From: Thermodesulfobacteriota bacterium
GTDB lineage: Bacteria; Desulfobacterota; Desulfarculia; JACQYL01
Assembly (NCBI GenBank): GCA_963675595.2
Contig: CAXXLZ010000001.1
Location: 128,001-192,000 of the forward strand
Direction of reading: 5' to 3'
DNA length: 64,000 bases
Shown here one piece after another: positions 29,516-40,800 of the stretch (position 1 is its first letter; every line of letters begins with the position of its first letter). Under the pieces are notes generated by a model, which had not been told where the DNA came from, did not search any database, and worked only from the letters and a program-made list of their open reading frames with translations. The position numbers were made by a program, and so were the translations under genes.

Positions 29516-29780
29516 GCGTGAGGCGCGTGACTACCTGTACGATATCCTCCAGTCAATTGCCGATTGCCGGCTTTTCATCTCCGGGATGTCCTACGATCAG
29601 TTCTGTGCGGACAGGAAAACCGTCAATGCGGTCATTCGCAGCTTGGAGATCGCCGGCATGCGCGACAAGCTTATTCACGAATATTTCGGGGTCGACCTGG
29701 AGATTGTCCGGGAGACGATGCGAAATGATCTTACGCCTCTGGATACCGCAATTCGAAAATCGCTAAAGGAAACAGAATGA
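29505..29780 (+). pseudogene. HEPN/DUF86 ribonuclease toxin with in-frame internal deletion
   Basis: YLYDILQSI...AVIRSLEI runs directly into AGMRDKLIHEYFGVD; the usual IGEA...PW segment is absent. Confidence 0.75.
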
Positions 29781-29841
29781 AGTTCGCTCAGGCCGGCTTT
29801 TCTTAAGGAAGTTCCATGGAGACATTTCCCTCCCGCCCACG

Positions 29842-30001
29842 GATTGGGCTGTATGCCTGCCGAGCCAAGCCATGGGCTTGCTCGGAATCATTCACCAACC
29901 AGGGAGGCCTCCTGGTGGGCAGTATTTACTACATCGGTCTGGACGTTCACAAAAAAACGATCGCCTATGATCGAATTTGTCACGTTAGTCAACAACGTCC
30001 C
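29842..30001 (+). mobile_element. 160-bp repeat copy 2: IS110 left-end remnant plus 33-bp terminus
   Basis: Direct repeat of 21291-21450; (V)GSIYYIGLDVHKKTIAY. Confidence 0.8.
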
Positions 30002-30131
30002 CGAATTCCCCATCCTTTCACTCTGCGCGGTTGTTCTATGTTGTTCAAGAAAATTCTTGACACCTGCCATTCAATGCCTTATCATGCATTATGAACAACG
30101 ATGAACAACAACCGAAAAATAGGAGGATGTC

Positions 30132-32396
30132 ATGGGCACACCCAAATTCAAGGCTACCTTGAACCGAAGCAAGGGGCGAAGCAGTTGGTGCGTTATTTTC
30201 AGCCACCCGTTACGTCAGAAAAGCGATGGCAAACCAGGCCTTCGCGTTAGGCGGGGATTAGGCACAACAGATGATGCTGAGGCTCAGAAGCTGGTTGATC
30301 AGCTCGATGAAATTCTTTCCGATCAATCCATGTGGTCGCCTGGAGCTAAAGATGCCGCTGAAAGAAAATATGACAAAAGGATTGTGGACGCTTTCTACGA
30401 CCATTTGACTCCGGCACTACACGATTCAAAAAAGGTCAGAGATGATATCTTGCCTCTACCTGGAAAAGATGGTGGTTACTTCAAAATGCTTTTCCTTGGT
30501 ACCACTGGTGCAGGAAAAACAACAATCCTTCGTCAGCTTATCGGAACTGACCCAGAGAAGGAAAGGTTCCCTTCTATATCACCTTCGAGAACGACAATCT
30601 GCGACATTGAAATTATTACCTCACCGGATATTTACAGATCTGTAATCACCTTCTTTCCCAAGGAAAAGGTCCGCCACTATATTGAAGAATGCGTGATCGA
30701 TGCGATAATGGAGCACGCTGATTCTGAACCAACAGCGAAAGTAGCGAAGCGTCTCCTCGAACATAAGGACCACAGATTTCGGTTGAGCTACCTTCTTGGT
30801 TCTATGCAGCTTTTATCCCATGTTTCAAACGAAGAAGAACTGTCAGACGAAGATGATGAGCAAGAGGATGAGGAATTTGGCCAAATCCTTGTTTCAGAGG
30901 AAGACCGAAAGCAGCTCTCCGATAAGCTGAAAAGTTACATCGAACGCATCCAGCATTTATCCGATTCTTCAAAGGAGACTCTGATAGCTGACTTAGGCAT
31001 GTCAGAAGAGGAGGCCGTAAAAGAATGGGAGGACTTTCAGGAACTCCTTGAATATCAGTTGATTAACGACGAAGGTTTTCATGAAGTTGTTGATGAACTG
31101 ATCGATGATGTCGAGGCCAGATTCAAATATGTGGATAAAGGACGAATGGAGTTCGGTCAGGATGGATGGCCATCATATTGGATGTTTAATACCGAAAACC
31201 GCGAAGAATTTATTCCTATTGTGAATAGGTTTTCAAGCAACTATGCAAAAAATTTCGGGCGGCTGCTCACGCCTTTAGTTGATGGGATGCGAATATCAGG
31301 TCCTTTTAAGCCTGTTTGGTGGGATGGGCAGGACGAGCCAAGATATGTGCTTCTTGACGGCGAGGGCTTGGGCCACACATCCGAATCTGCGTCGAGTATC
31401 TCGACGGCGACTACGAAAAGATATGAAGATACAGACGTTATTTTGCTTGTTGATAATGCTGCGCAGCCGATGCAAGCTCCACCACTTGCCGTATTACGAA
31501 GCTTGGTATCAAGTGGCCACGAATCAAAGCTCATAACGTGCTTTACCCATTTCGACGAACTCAAAGGTGACAACCTTCCTGACACAACATCGAAAAAAGC
31601 TCATGTTCTTTACGCGATAGACGGAGCCATTGCCGGAGTTTCAAAAATATTGGGCCGTAATGCAGAAAGCGCGTTGAAAAAAGCCACATCTGACCGTGTA
31701 TTCTTCCTTTCAAACATCCAAAACCAACTGCCTGAAAAAGCTCGGCTGACTCGTTCTGAGTTTCTGAAACTTCTTAACAGTGCAGAACAGGTCGCTAATC
31801 CTAAATATGCGGATGAGGTTACTCCGGTCTATGACGTGGCCAATCTGGTCCTATGCATCCAAAAAGCCACGCAGGATTTTCACAATCCTTGGAGGGCGAG
31901 GCTTGGTCTCCAGTCACACACCGAGTATAGGAAGGAACACTGGGCACGGATCAAAGCCCTTTCGAGGAGGCTTGGCGTTCTCGGTGAAGACGAATACCAC
32001 ACTTTGCGTCCGGTTGCTGATCTAATTGCAAGGTTGAGCGAGCATCTCAGCTTGTTTCTTTCAGAACCGCTCCGTTGGAAGCCAACAAGCCCGTCAGAAG
32101 ACAGTAAGCGAGAGGCCATCGATAGGGTTGAACGCGAGGTTTTTAGGCTGCTTCATGAATTTACATCGGATCGGCTGTTTATCAAGAGAGTAAGCCAATG
32201 GAGTCATGCCTATTATGCTCATAGGGGAGCTGGCTCAACAGTGCACAGGGCATATGATATCAGGGATATTTATAACTCTGCAGCGCCTATTCCTGGTGAA
32301 ATCCCTACCTCTGATGCCAATAAATTTTTGAATGATGTTAGGCAGTTAGTAAAAGATGCAATTAAGACAGGAGGAGGCAAAATGGTCGCTGCATAA
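30132..32396 (+). CDS. Large P-loop GTPase (dynamin-like) with basic N-terminal domain; possible defence protein
   Basis: G1 GTTGAGKT, G2 SRTT, G3 DGEG, G4-like THFD; AGGAGG RBS; visibly lower GC than flanks. Confidence 0.75.
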   Translation: MGTPKFKATLNRSKGRSSWCVIFSHPLRQKSDGKPGLRVRRGLGTTDDAEAQKLVDQLDEILSDQSMWSPGAKDAAERKYDKRIVDAFYDHLTPALHDSKKVRDDILPLPGKDGGYFKMLFLGTTGAGKTTILRQLIGTDPEKERFPSISPSRTTICDIEIITSPDIYRSVITFFPKEKVRHYIEECVIDAIMEHADSEPTAKVAKRLLEHKDHRFRLSYLLGSMQLLSHVSNEEELSDEDDEQEDEEFGQILVSEEDRKQLSDKLKSYIERIQHLSDSSKETLIADLGMSEEEAVKEWEDFQELLEYQLINDEGFHEVVDELIDDVEARFKYVDKGRMEFGQDGWPSYWMFNTENREEFIPIVNRFSSNYAKNFGRLLTPLVDGMRISGPFKPVWWDGQDEPRYVLLDGEGLGHTSESASSISTATTKRYEDTDVILLVDNAAQPMQAPPLAVLRSLVSSGHESKLITCFTHFDELKGDNLPDTTSKKAHVLYAIDGAIAGVSKILGRNAESALKKATSDRVFFLSNIQNQLPEKARLTRSEFLKLLNSAEQVANPKYADEVTPVYDVANLVLCIQKATQDFHNPWRARLGLQSHTEYRKEHWARIKALSRRLGVLGEDEYHTLRPVADLIARLSEHLSLFLSEPLRWKPTSPSEDSKREAIDRVEREVFRLLHEFTSDRLFIKRVSQWSHAYYAHRGAGSTVHRAYDIRDIYNSAAPIPGEIPTSDANKFLNDVRQLVKDAIKTGGGKMVAA

Positions 32397-32559
32397 GGTA
32401 ATTGAGACTTGGGACGAAAGCCGCAAAACCTAAAGCCTGTCATCCATATCAAGTTCGTTCGATATGAATCGGACGAACGGCGACAGGTATGCAGAGAGTG
32501 GTTCAGGAAAAGCGAACAGCAGGCTAATATCCGAAAGTACAACAAGAAAATAGAATTTC

Positions 32560-32720
32560 GGGACGTTGTTGACTAACGTGACAAAATCGATCGGCAGTCA
32601 TTTGCCCTTTCATGATGTATTCGAAATGGCGGAAGGCGTTATGTCCAATTGTCGTGCCGTTTCGGCCATGGTGAGGCCGACATTTTCGACCAGCTCTTTG
32701 GCCCTGGCCCATGGTGCCCC
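32560..32720 (-). mobile_element. 3' remnant of a RAYT/Y1-like transposase (C-terminal HTH) with the 33-bp terminus
   Basis: Minus-strand fragment AKELVENVGLTMAETARQLDITPSAISNTS-stop followed by GATCGATTTTGTCACGTTAGTCAACAACGTCCC (32592-32560). Confidence 0.55.
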
Positions 32721-33067
32721 TTATCCGGGAGGAGCATTGGAGGGAGGAGGATTTAACGGACAGTTCATTTGTTTGGCTATGCCGATCGACTCGCCTCCCG
32801 CAGAAAACGGCCGCGCAAACCTTCCAATGGGTGGCATGAACGTGTCACCATGGTTGAGCGATTGAACTTGAAGCGGCTTGGATAGGACACGGCCGTCTGG
32901 ATTCGGTATGGCCGGAGCCATCTTACAGCGAAAGAAGCGGAATCCGTCAATCAGGAATTCCCGTCATTTTTTTGTCCGCTCGATAGGGGCATGGCCGCAT
33001 CCCTCGACGCCGTCCCCCCGCACCCCCTGCCGGGGACCGAAGGCCCCCCGGACCCCCGTTGCGCCTC

Positions 33068-33091
33068 TGCGAATCGCGTACGCGATTCGCA
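33068..33091. repeat. Perfect 24-bp palindrome (terminator/REP-like)
   Basis: TGCGAATCGCGTACGCGATTCGCA equals its reverse complement; downstream of the isochorismatase gene. Confidence 0.7.
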
Positions 33092-33147
33092 AAACGAGCA
33101 GCATGTGCCGTCCAACCTATTGAAATACGTAAAGGGGATGTTCCCGC

Positions 33148-33663
33148 TCAGATGACCTCGGTGAACGGCACCAAGGTCACACGCGTTGAGACGGCGTTCA
33201 AGGCGATGTTGTGAATCATCTGGTCAACGGTTGTGCAACAGTCGGGCAGAATAGCGACCTTGTATTTTTCGGCGGACTTGGAGATGGCCGTGTGCGTCAC
33301 GCAATTCTGGGTCATCATGCCGCAAACCAGGAGCTCCGTGATCCCTCGGCTTGAAAGCACTTCCTCGAGGTTCGTCTCAACAAAGGCATCCGCATGCCTC
33401 TTGACCACAACCGGTGCGTCGGGCGCGGCCTGCAAAATCCGTGGATGGATGGCGGCGCCGTCGGTGCCGTGGTTGAAGAACGGGGCCATCCCCTTCTCGG
33501 GATCGGCGATATGTTGGATGTGAATGACCGCGATGCCCTTGCTTTGAGCAGCCTTAACGGCGAGTTCAATGTTTTGCAGTGTGGTTTCCGTGTTCCAGAG
33601 GGGGTATTTTCCCCTGGGGAAGTAATCGTTCTGCACGTCGATCACCAATAGTGCCTTGCTCAT
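33148..33663 (-). CDS. Isochorismatase-family cysteine hydrolase
   Basis: ALLVIDVQNDYF, VVKRHADAF, CGMMTQNCVTHTA. Confidence 0.92.
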   Translation of the reverse strand: MSKALLVIDVQNDYFPRGKYPLWNTETTLQNIELAVKAAQSKGIAVIHIQHIADPEKGMAPFFNHGTDGAAIHPRILQAAPDAPVVVKRHADAFVETNLEEVLSSRGITELLVCGMMTQNCVTHTAISKSAEKYKVAILPDCCTTVDQMIHNIALNAVSTRVTLVPFTEVI

Positions 33664-34271
33664 ATTCGTGTGTCCTTTTCCCGGCAAAAAACGAACGTCC
33701 GGGTCCGGCCTTCGATTCACACTCGCGGCACGGCATGATCCCCACCGCGTCAAACAGTTTTTCAGATATCTTATGTTGATTTCCTATGATTTCTCAATCT
33801 CATGGCGAGGGATGAAGCGCAACGTCGCAGATTGCGCTTTTCAGCAGCCTGGTAGGCAGATATTCTTGACGGGGCCCCGGTTCATCGTTTATTTAGAGGG
33901 CCTCCATCAAAAGCAAAAAAAGAGGTCTTTTTGTTTACGAAATCATTGGATCTTGTGTCGATCGTTGCCGACGAGGGGAATATCCTCCCGGTGGCTGATC
34001 GATCCTGATTCCTGCAGTATCCCATCCTGGAAGAGCCGTTCGGTCTTAACCGCCCGTTAGGGACGGTTTCATTCCTTCCGGTTTGTTCCCCAGCAGATCT
34101 CGGATCGAGAATCTACCGCTATTGTTGTCTCCTCTGTCGGCAATTTCGCCTACGTCAAGTTATCGAGCAATGATCAAGAGCACCGGTGGGCTGCGCGTTC
34201 CGCCTTGTGCGGTTTCCTGCGCCGACAAGAACCGGTGAAATAACGGGCAAAGACAGATAGAGGGCACAACA

Positions 34272-35372
34272 TTGAGCGCCAAACAAGATACAAATAGAAA
34301 CGACCACATGGGTCACCTCGCAGGAATGGGATGGACTTCCCATTTTCAGGCACAGGTGGAACACATTTCCAACGACGGGTTTACTCCGGCCAGAGTGGTC
34401 GGGGTGAGCAAGAACAGCTTTCGCGTGAGCGACGGGATGAGCGAACGGCTTGCCGGCCTTGCGGGAAGGCTCAAACATGACGCCGACGGCCTGTATCCGG
34501 TGACGGGGGATTGGGTTCTCGTGACCGACGGGGTGATTTCCAGAGTGCTGGCACGAAGGAACGCCTTATCCAGAGGCGCTTCGGGCGCGCATAACAAACT
34601 GGATGCGCGACCGCAGAAGGAACAGGTCATTGCGGCCAACCTGGATACCGTATTCATCGTCTGCGGTCTTGACCGAGACTTCAACCTGCGCCGCATCGAG
34701 CGTTACTTGACCCTGGTCTACAACTGCGGCCTGAATCCCGTGATCATTTTGACCAAAGCGGACCTTCACCCGGAGCCGGAGCGTTTCATCGGTGAAGTGG
34801 AGGCCGTGGCATTCGGCGTTCCCATACACCTGGTTTCGGCATCGGACGACACGTGTCTGATCGCTCTGGAATCCTATCTGTCTCCGGGTAGGACCACCAC
34901 CATGGTGGGGTCATCCGGTGCGGGCAAATCCACCCTAGTGAACCGGCTCTACGGGAAGACCGTGCAGCGTACGGGCGCCACAAGCACGCATGTGGGCAAG
35001 GGTAAACACACCACCACCTCCCGGGATCTGATCATCATGCCCCGGGGAGGAATGGTGATCGACAATCCCGGGATCCGGGAAATTGCCTTGTGGGAGGTGG
35101 ATCAAGGGATGGAAGCTGCGTTTCCCGAGATTGAAAGGCTGGGACTGGGATGCCGATTTGCGGACTGCAGCCATACTCACGAGCCAGGCTGTCGAGTCAT
35201 TGAGGCGGTCGATAAGGGTGAAGTCTCAAGAGACAGGCTGGAAAACTACCGGAAGATGAAACGTGAACTGGAGTATCAGTGCCTTCGCCTGAACAAGAGT
35301 GCCGACCGGGTGGAAAAGGAGCGCTGGAAAGAGGTCGCCTTGAAGATCAAAGCCATGAACAAAAAGAGATGA
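34272..35372 (+). CDS. rsgA: Ribosome small subunit-dependent GTPase A
   Basis: VTGDWV, AANLD, LTKAD, GSSGAGKST, GKHTTT, DNPG, CRFADCSHTHEPGC; start uncertain. Confidence 0.92.
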   Translation: MSAKQDTNRNDHMGHLAGMGWTSHFQAQVEHISNDGFTPARVVGVSKNSFRVSDGMSERLAGLAGRLKHDADGLYPVTGDWVLVTDGVISRVLARRNALSRGASGAHNKLDARPQKEQVIAANLDTVFIVCGLDRDFNLRRIERYLTLVYNCGLNPVIILTKADLHPEPERFIGEVEAVAFGVPIHLVSASDDTCLIALESYLSPGRTTTMVGSSGAGKSTLVNRLYGKTVQRTGATSTHVGKGKHTTTSRDLIIMPRGGMVIDNPGIREIALWEVDQGMEAAFPEIERLGLGCRFADCSHTHEPGCRVIEAVDKGEVSRDRLENYRKMKRELEYQCLRLNKSADRVEKERWKEVALKIKAMNKKR

Positions 35373-36285
35373 AGAAGCTGAGATCAGGCATGAGAGGAGC
35401 TCATTGAGATGTTTGGGGAACTCTCTTTAAAAAAGGGTTCCCCAAGCCCTTCCCAAACGTTCCGAGTGGGGGCGCCCCGAGCCCCGCGGAAAGACCCGGA
35501 GATGGAGGTTCGACAGGTCAGGGGACCCGTGAGTCCGTCGGGCGAGAGTCACAAACCGGACCGCCGCCTATGACCGAAACCTAAGGTAGTAAGACAAAAA
35601 TAACAATCATTGATTATTGTAATCTATATTTATCCGGAATACGGTCAAAGATTAGAGTATTCTATCTAATTCACAGCTCTTCATTTTTCTTAATAATTTT
35701 CATTGCAGAAGAAGGAGCTCAGCGGTAGTATAGGCAAAAATTTTGTCCCTACTGTCTCAAAGCGAGTCTTATTTGGGTAGCTTCAAGGGATAAAGCGCCG
35801 TGATCCTTAATACCATACATGACTCCTTGCGTTTATCAGCCCCGGTCCCGGGACGATCTCACACCTGCCTGCTCCCATCAATGCTTTGTCCATGAATCCG
35901 CTCAGCGGAGTCGGTTCGACCCGATTGCCCGATCCTCTCTCCGCAAAGCAATATCCGTCCGCCTATTGAGGTACTTCATCCCGGCCGGCCGTTACGGCGC
36001 CGGGTGGTCATAAGCGATCTGTTTCAAGGCGCGCATGCACCGACGCGCGAGCCGTACGAGAGCATGCCTTTACGGTATGGGACCCGGCGGAGTGCTGCGG
36101 GTCCCGCTTGCGATGTCCCTGCGAGGGATGCGGCTCTTATTCGGGAGGTGCGGATTGTTCCCACCGAAAACAAGAGCGGCCCGCCTCTCCCGGTGACTTC
36201 CCGGTAACGATCTCGCTTCACCGTACAAAGATTCAGTCAAAATGATCCTCTAAACGTCGGGCAAGGCAAACAGGGAGGAAGCAGG

Positions 36286-37650
36286 ATGGAGTATTCCTTG
36301 CTGAAAGCGGGCCGGATACGGGGATTCGTTTTCGCTTTCATCACCATCCTGTTGATCTCTTCTTCGGTAGGTGCACAGGGCGGCGATGACGGTGCGATGC
36401 GGATCATTCTGTATAACGCCGAAATCTACACCATGGCCGATGATCCGCCTAAGGCCGAAGCGATACTCATCGACGGGAATCGTATCGAAGCCGTAGGGAA
36501 CAATGAATCGGTCCTGGCTCTCGCCGACGATCATACCGATTTGATCGACATGCAAGGGCGGACCATGTTCCCCGGTTTCATCGATCCTCACACGCATCTG
36601 TTTGAACAGGCCTACGACACGGGATACGACCTTGATTCGGTGCAGCAGGCGGCTTTGGAAGTCGGGGTCACCTCGGTCGGCAGCATGCACGTTACGCCCG
36701 ACCAAGTCCGGGAATTCACGGAATATGCGGACAATGGCGGTATGCGTCTCCGCCTGTATCTTTACCTGATCTACAATGACAGTTGCGGCAACGTGTGGGG
36801 CACTTGGTATGAACAGTACCCGCCGGAAACGGATGTCGCCCCCAAAGTCCGTGTGAACGGAGTCAAAATATTTGCGGAAAAATCTTTGTGCTTCAGTTCC
36901 GATGACTACGAGCCCGTTTTCAGCAAAAGACTTCTCAGGTCTTTCACACCCCGGGGCTTGGCGGAATGGGGAAGCAACCGTGTCCTCTTTACTACCAAAG
37001 AGCTGAAAAATGTGATCCGGAGAGCCACGAATCACGGTTATCAAGTTGCGATCCATGCCATCGGCGACGTGGGTATCAAGGCCGGCCTCGAAGCCGTTGA
37101 ATTCGCACTTAAGCATGCACGCGACAGAAGAAATCGCATTCGCCACATGGTCCTTCACAATCATTTCCTCCCCAACGACCTGCTCCTCCGGTATGCCCGA
37201 AACAACATCGTCGCTCTCGTCGAACCGGCCACCACCTGCCAAGCCGATTACTATCTGGAACGTGTGGGGGAACGCAGCATGAAATTTTTCAAACGCTGGA
37301 AAGACCTTGTCCGGAGCGGCGCTCATGTCGCCCTGGACAGCGACTGGCCCGTGGTGCTTCCTCTTCTGAATCCGATGAAAAAACTCGGCGCCGTTGTGTC
37401 CGGGCGGGCCGGGAGCTGTGAAACGGATGTGCGGCTGCAGACCGTGAGCGTTTCCCGGGGCCTCAAGATGATGACCACGGAGGCGGCCTATGCGTTGCAT
37501 TGCGACGATGACCTTGGAAGCCTGGACATCGGGAAGTCGGCCGACCTGGTGGTTTTGTCGGAGGATCCCCATGAAGTCGCACCCGACGAGATCGGAGATA
37601 TTGAGGTCTTATTGACCATGATCGACGGAACAATCGAGTTTCTCAGGTAA
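36286..37650 (+). CDS. Exported amidohydrolase (family 3, YtcJ-like)
   Basis: Signal peptide, PGFIDPHTH, IHAIGD, LDSDWP, GSLDIGKSADLVVL. Confidence 0.88.
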   Translation: MEYSLLKAGRIRGFVFAFITILLISSSVGAQGGDDGAMRIILYNAEIYTMADDPPKAEAILIDGNRIEAVGNNESVLALADDHTDLIDMQGRTMFPGFIDPHTHLFEQAYDTGYDLDSVQQAALEVGVTSVGSMHVTPDQVREFTEYADNGGMRLRLYLYLIYNDSCGNVWGTWYEQYPPETDVAPKVRVNGVKIFAEKSLCFSSDDYEPVFSKRLLRSFTPRGLAEWGSNRVLFTTKELKNVIRRATNHGYQVAIHAIGDVGIKAGLEAVEFALKHARDRRNRIRHMVLHNHFLPNDLLLRYARNNIVALVEPATTCQADYYLERVGERSMKFFKRWKDLVRSGAHVALDSDWPVVLPLLNPMKKLGAVVSGRAGSCETDVRLQTVSVSRGLKMMTTEAAYALHCDDDLGSLDIGKSADLVVLSEDPHEVAPDEIGDIEVLLTMIDGTIEFLR

Positions 37651-37833
37651 TTCGGCCCTCGGGCCGGAGAGCGAGCCGGCCATCGGCGGATTGTTTGTTT
37701 GTCTTTACATGTCTTGACCGGGCAACCGCACTGTGAGGGAAGACGATCCACGCTCGGCATCGAAAGAGCACAGGTGTTTGGGGTGAAGACGCTCCTTGGG
37801 TCCGGAAAGAAACAACCGTTGATTCCGAAAGGG

Positions 37834-40800
37834 ATGATGATGAGTGGAGCAAATTTCCGGCCCGTTTGCATTGGCGCGGTTTTGGTAATCGTGAGCTCGA
37901 TATTGTTTGCAAGCTGCAGTTTCGACCTGAGTAGACGTTGGTTGGGCAGGAAATATCTGATACCCGCGAAGCTTGTCGGGTGTAAGAACGAACAGGTATC
38001 ATGCGATATTGGATATAGCTCCGTTTACAATCTTACCATTACGAACAATTTTGAGTCCGGAAAAATATTAGATCGCACTTACGCATGGTATGTTCCAGAC
38101 GTATTAAAAGGAACAACTATGTTCAGAGTTAGCTCAGAGTCAGCATTTGCGTTGGATGCAATGAGTGTAATAACACAAAGTGAAAAATATCATGTTTATG
38201 TTGCGGCTTATGCCGGTAGTATTCCATCGTTTATATTTAGTGATGGGTATGAGCCTGTAACAGACGATAGTGGCAAATATGTTAGTCTTACGAATTTCAG
38301 TAGTGATCATAGTTTAGATCAATCAGTAATGTATGTATACGAAAATGCATCCTATCCTCCTTATGGAAAATGGCACTTTCCTGGATTCTGTTATGGACAA
38401 ACATCTTCACAATGTGAGGGAAAAGAACAATTTTATGCCGTGTTTGTGAAGTGTCCTGTGATATGCACCCCGGACGTGATGAAAAAGGAAAAAAACAAGT
38501 CTTTTACCCTTTGCATATCCGAACATGACGAAGTGAATTATGACCCCGTAGATATAGCTCAGTTAACATGTGATTTGGAAGCATCTCCCGATTATTTTTG
38601 TGAAATAGGTGAGGAGCAGTCGTGGTTTGTCCTGGACGAGCACTGCAGTATCGAGCAAACCTTAAGATCCTACGAGGTCGGGTCGGTGGTGGAGTTCGAC
38701 CCGGTGCGGTCCATCGCCACGATCAAGGTCGAGGACGAGGAATACACGCGGGCCGTACGCGGGGGCCTCGATTTCGAGTACGTGCTGGATGATGAAGTCA
38801 ATCGCCGGATGATCGCCATCAACGTCAACGGCATGGAGGCACGGATCGACGATGTGGAGGACTTTTCCGACATTTCCATGATTTTGCTCGAGCCGTCCAC
38901 GGCCGTGTGTCAGGACGAAACCCCTCCCTCGGGCGAGCCCTGCTCTTTGTACGCCATCGGCAAGAACGATTTTTTCAGCAACGCGAGCGCCTCCTATGAC
39001 GGAGATGTGATCATAGCCACAGGGTCCACGGCGCAACCGATCCAGGTGCGGGTGGATAATCAGGACCGTTCCTTCCACATGGCCGGAGGACCCGTGGTGG
39101 GTACCATCCCCACGGAAGATGGGGACGGCGTCCGGGTGGAGGTCACCCTGGACGTCTACGGCCAAATCGTCAACTTCGCCCCCACGGTGGTTGCGGACCT
39201 GGAATCACACACCAAATCCTCGTGTTCGGACAAGACCAACAAGTCGCCGTTTCAGTTGTACGCTTCCGGGTCTTTCGATGTCTGGGACGACCTGCCCTCC
39301 AACCCCAACCAGTACTTCTGGTACGAAGACTACGGGCTCGTGACGGAGCACCTGTGGGGCCAGGGGACCCACATAACCATTCCGGCGTATTCCATGGGCT
39401 ACGGCGTGCACACCATCACGCTGGTGGTGCAGGACAACTACGGAGTGACGGCCACGGACCGGCTGGAGTTGCAGGTCATTGACGAGTCTTCCCCCAACCT
39501 GACCATTCCCGCGGACATCGTCCGGTTCCTGGTGCCGCCCGAGGAAGCGCCCGTGTACATCGATATCGGCCAAGCCACGGCGAGCGACGGTTGTTTCGGC
39601 TCGCCCGTGGTCACCAACGACGCTCCGCAGGACGGCATGTTCGGGCCCGGTGCCCATACGGTCACCTGGACCGCCGACGACCTTTCCGGGAACGTCACGA
39701 CCAAACTGCAGAAGGTGTACGTATCCCAACCGTACGAAGCGTCCAAGTGTTCGGTGTGGAATATGGACGTGGAGTTACGGGACGCCATCAACCAGCTCAG
39801 GACCGTCATTCGGAATTGTGGCGATCTCCAAGACTGCCTGGTGGACGTGAGCGCATTTACCGGAGCTTTGCACTCCCTCGCGGCCCGGATTCAGCAGGAT
39901 GGAACCGGGGATGCCGGCCTGGACTCCCAGATCGTGGCCAAGCTCGATCAGGCCGGAGGGTTCCTCGAAGGGGCCGAGGCCGATCTTCTGTTGTCCAACG
40001 AGTCGGGTCAGGACGCGTCGACCCTGCGTGCCGGCGCCGTCCAAAAAGTGACGGACGCCTTGGGCGTGCTGGACGGACTGGCACAGCTCCTGTATCCGTC
40101 CGACCGGATCGACGGCGTGTGGAAGGACGGGCAGATCACGACGTCCGCGGTGACCATGAACTTCTATGTCCAGACCTATGCCACGGGCTCCACGCTCATC
40201 ATCGCGTCCCCGGACGGCGACACGGCCTATGCGTTTCTGGATGAGGACGCGTCCGACGGATTCGATGCAAACGATCTGGGCGGCCGGGGCCACCGGTTGA
40301 CCGCCGCGTTTACCGGTAACACCGAGGGAACGGCGACGCTGACCCTTTTGGGCGAAACGCCTAGAACCTACACCCTCAGCCGCTGGTTCGCCGCGTCGGT
40401 GTCCGACGGTCTGTCCGGAATCTACAAAGACTCGCCTTCATCCGCCCAACCCGGCGCCGCAGCGACCACCGTTTCCATGAACGCGTTCGTGCAGAGCTAC
40501 GAAGACTCCTGGATCGCCATCCTTACGCCGGACGCGGTGCATTTCCAGGTGTTCCTCAATCCGGAGAAACGCAGTGGTGCGGACGTGGACGCCATGGGCG
40601 GCGGAGCGCACCTGTACGGTCTTTTTACGGGAGACGGGACGGGCAAGGCCTCCATCGTGTACCCGGACGGCTCGATCGGGCATCTCGACCTCAATCGCTG
40701 GTTCCCGATCTCGTCTTCGGCGGGAATCTCCGGGCGTGTCACCACGGCTTCGGGGACGCCGCTGGCCGGCGTGGAAATGACGTGCAGCGATGTCGATTCC

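Noticed and set aside
33885-33905. TTTAGAG (reverse complement of the CUA anticodon loop)
   Set aside because: Flanks do not form a tRNA anticodon stem or acceptor stem.
33900-34270. Long rsgA leader as riboswitch or attenuator
   Set aside because: No recognisable aptamer or convincing leader peptide by eye.
35400-35830. AT-rich patch and possible IS end after rsgA
   Set aside because: No credible ORF or paired terminus; likely a decayed fragment.
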